A program made the translations under genes and the position numbers. Under the pieces are notes generated by a model. The model saw only the letters and a program-made list of their open reading frames with translations. It ran no database searches and was not told the DNA's origin. A stretch of DNA of 64,000 bases, from the NCBI GenBank assembly GCA_001724265.1, contig MEDY01000149.1, forward strand, positions 1 to 64,000, written 5' to 3'. Positions 63,801-64,000 of the stretch are shown here, one piece after another (within the stretch, counting starts at the first letter, position 1; each line of letters starts with the position of its first letter). The stretch is from Rhizaria sp. SCN 62-66 (taxonomy: Eukaryota).

Positions 63801-64000
63801 CGGGAACAGCGCAACCGTACATGTGGCGACTGCGGCGCTCACTGTTAACGTCTCTGTTAACAGGTTCTGTGTGTTTGACACAGAACCTGTTGTGACAGTA
63901 GATGACTCAGATGCAGTTGTATCAGTAACAGCGGGCGCCTGTAAAAGCATGGGCGCCGCAGGCTCTGGACACGGAGTAGGGAATAAGTGCGTCTTCAGAC
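60843..64000 (-). CDS. RIT1: Initiator tRNA A64 2'-O-ribosylphosphate transferase (Rit1), 5'-truncated by the window, with long low-complexity insertions
   Basis: Motifs WTYVQGAGDDEETWARGLTPELFWANR, PLRPVWL and C-terminal YPSRGFAQELNRYF. The frame is open to the window edge. Ends in TAA. Confidence 0.85.
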   Translation of the reverse strand, partial: LKTHLFPTPCPEPAAPMLLQAPAVTDTTASESSTVTTGSVSNTQNLLTETLTVSAAVATCTVALFPLPTQPQLPPALPPLERHLIATLALPRLSKELAAHCGARLRPLARALVRPPTRGEVLAHLAATAVAFHHGSNSRGGGAGNNTTAAPAPMLWSLRALPLRPVWLHRGSLAEDLAAVHVESQAASGGAAADKSDSATATASVTRQPHPFAPTSCGGVVSVACVDSDTSTDSTTTPEQNTVAVGAAETATALYLYSASRPVGEAPAHGHSFLTGYASAAGGAAGAEDAEANHGGGAGNGCDSAEATAAAVNKGKGKGKSKSMGVGAKPEHSAAAAINVPKNGNDGGDDDCGFVFERSLGAGNEADSNDDDDVNDEDDVEEDSDNDDNSVTGSRSVSAIAAMTSAAPVDVTVGVSREWTYVQGAGDDEETWARGLTPELFWANRVFLLSSRGAADCDARIAAVIAGAQGADAVTASSATTAANGTASAVVNVTAAKNGGSAHTSSTAVPVQDDWYMRGAVATNGNASVLPPPGAGVPTVTLSDATGSGLRYAPLATAAATAAVSISAAATSDAAGDVASRVALTVVTSQASAAALLVVVAAQQSPCDKNGDRVVVRARLLSPAEAQKHGLCRSHTKQCSSTSNSNCDCEGGIYAADTPALLLTVTRSHADTDGDCTGVVLPRCALAPVLSALTGHSDAPAAAAVLATLHTSCTVDVDNNATDSSAKAQITKAKTSKQDKQDQAGGRGRALALARALSALGVLPGCASDGASVSTPLDLDAAEFASAVAATAPAQAAAAEAAAQVASIVSAAVATAASRCGDGFAAVARVLVLPVSPARSAKLSLFKALPRFLAAAAAAAAATVSAAAAQIAPLLLLSDCAETSTCLAAAVMLALCRPSPTDGPGAGGVTVPTVTVGNVLRCAAGRSPRFALCARQCGAVNASARRAAATGATLMFGVPAVLPPLQIALHSQEPSGVQDSETEHDQEKAREQEHGVGAKEVMRAMLHCAMAAVAEAEAEIGAGAGAGSGAGIYPSRGFAQELNRYFCHNAI

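Overview
Gene-dense nuclear DNA of a unicellular eukaryote, probably flagellated. Coding regions are very GC-rich and Ala-rich, spacers are short and AT-richer, and there are a few GT-AG introns of 110-250 nt, mostly with a GTACGT donor. About 13 protein-coding genes can be modelled. They include an androglobin/calpain-like giant (three apparent frameshifts), a 13x PH-domain protein, an OB-fold protein, an ARM-like protein, a ~4100-aa MYND-finger protein, eIF5B, a VxVPV-repeat/PDZ protein, a rolling-stone/AIG1-like membrane protein and RIT1 (partial). The main signal concerns stop codons. All 13 inferred gene ends are TAA (8) or TGA (5), whereas TAG occurs at least five times in the middle of otherwise continuous reading frames (25924, 26167, 35795, 43413 on +; 45435-45433 on -). 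One of these replaces CAG inside a CAG-CAG-CTG (QQL) repeat. This points to a variant nuclear genetic code in which UAG is a sense codon (Gln most likely) while UAA and UGA remain stops, or to systematic UAG readthrough or editing. No tRNA, rRNA, CRISPR array or clear transposon was recognised. All domain calls come from reading motifs by eye, not from database searches.
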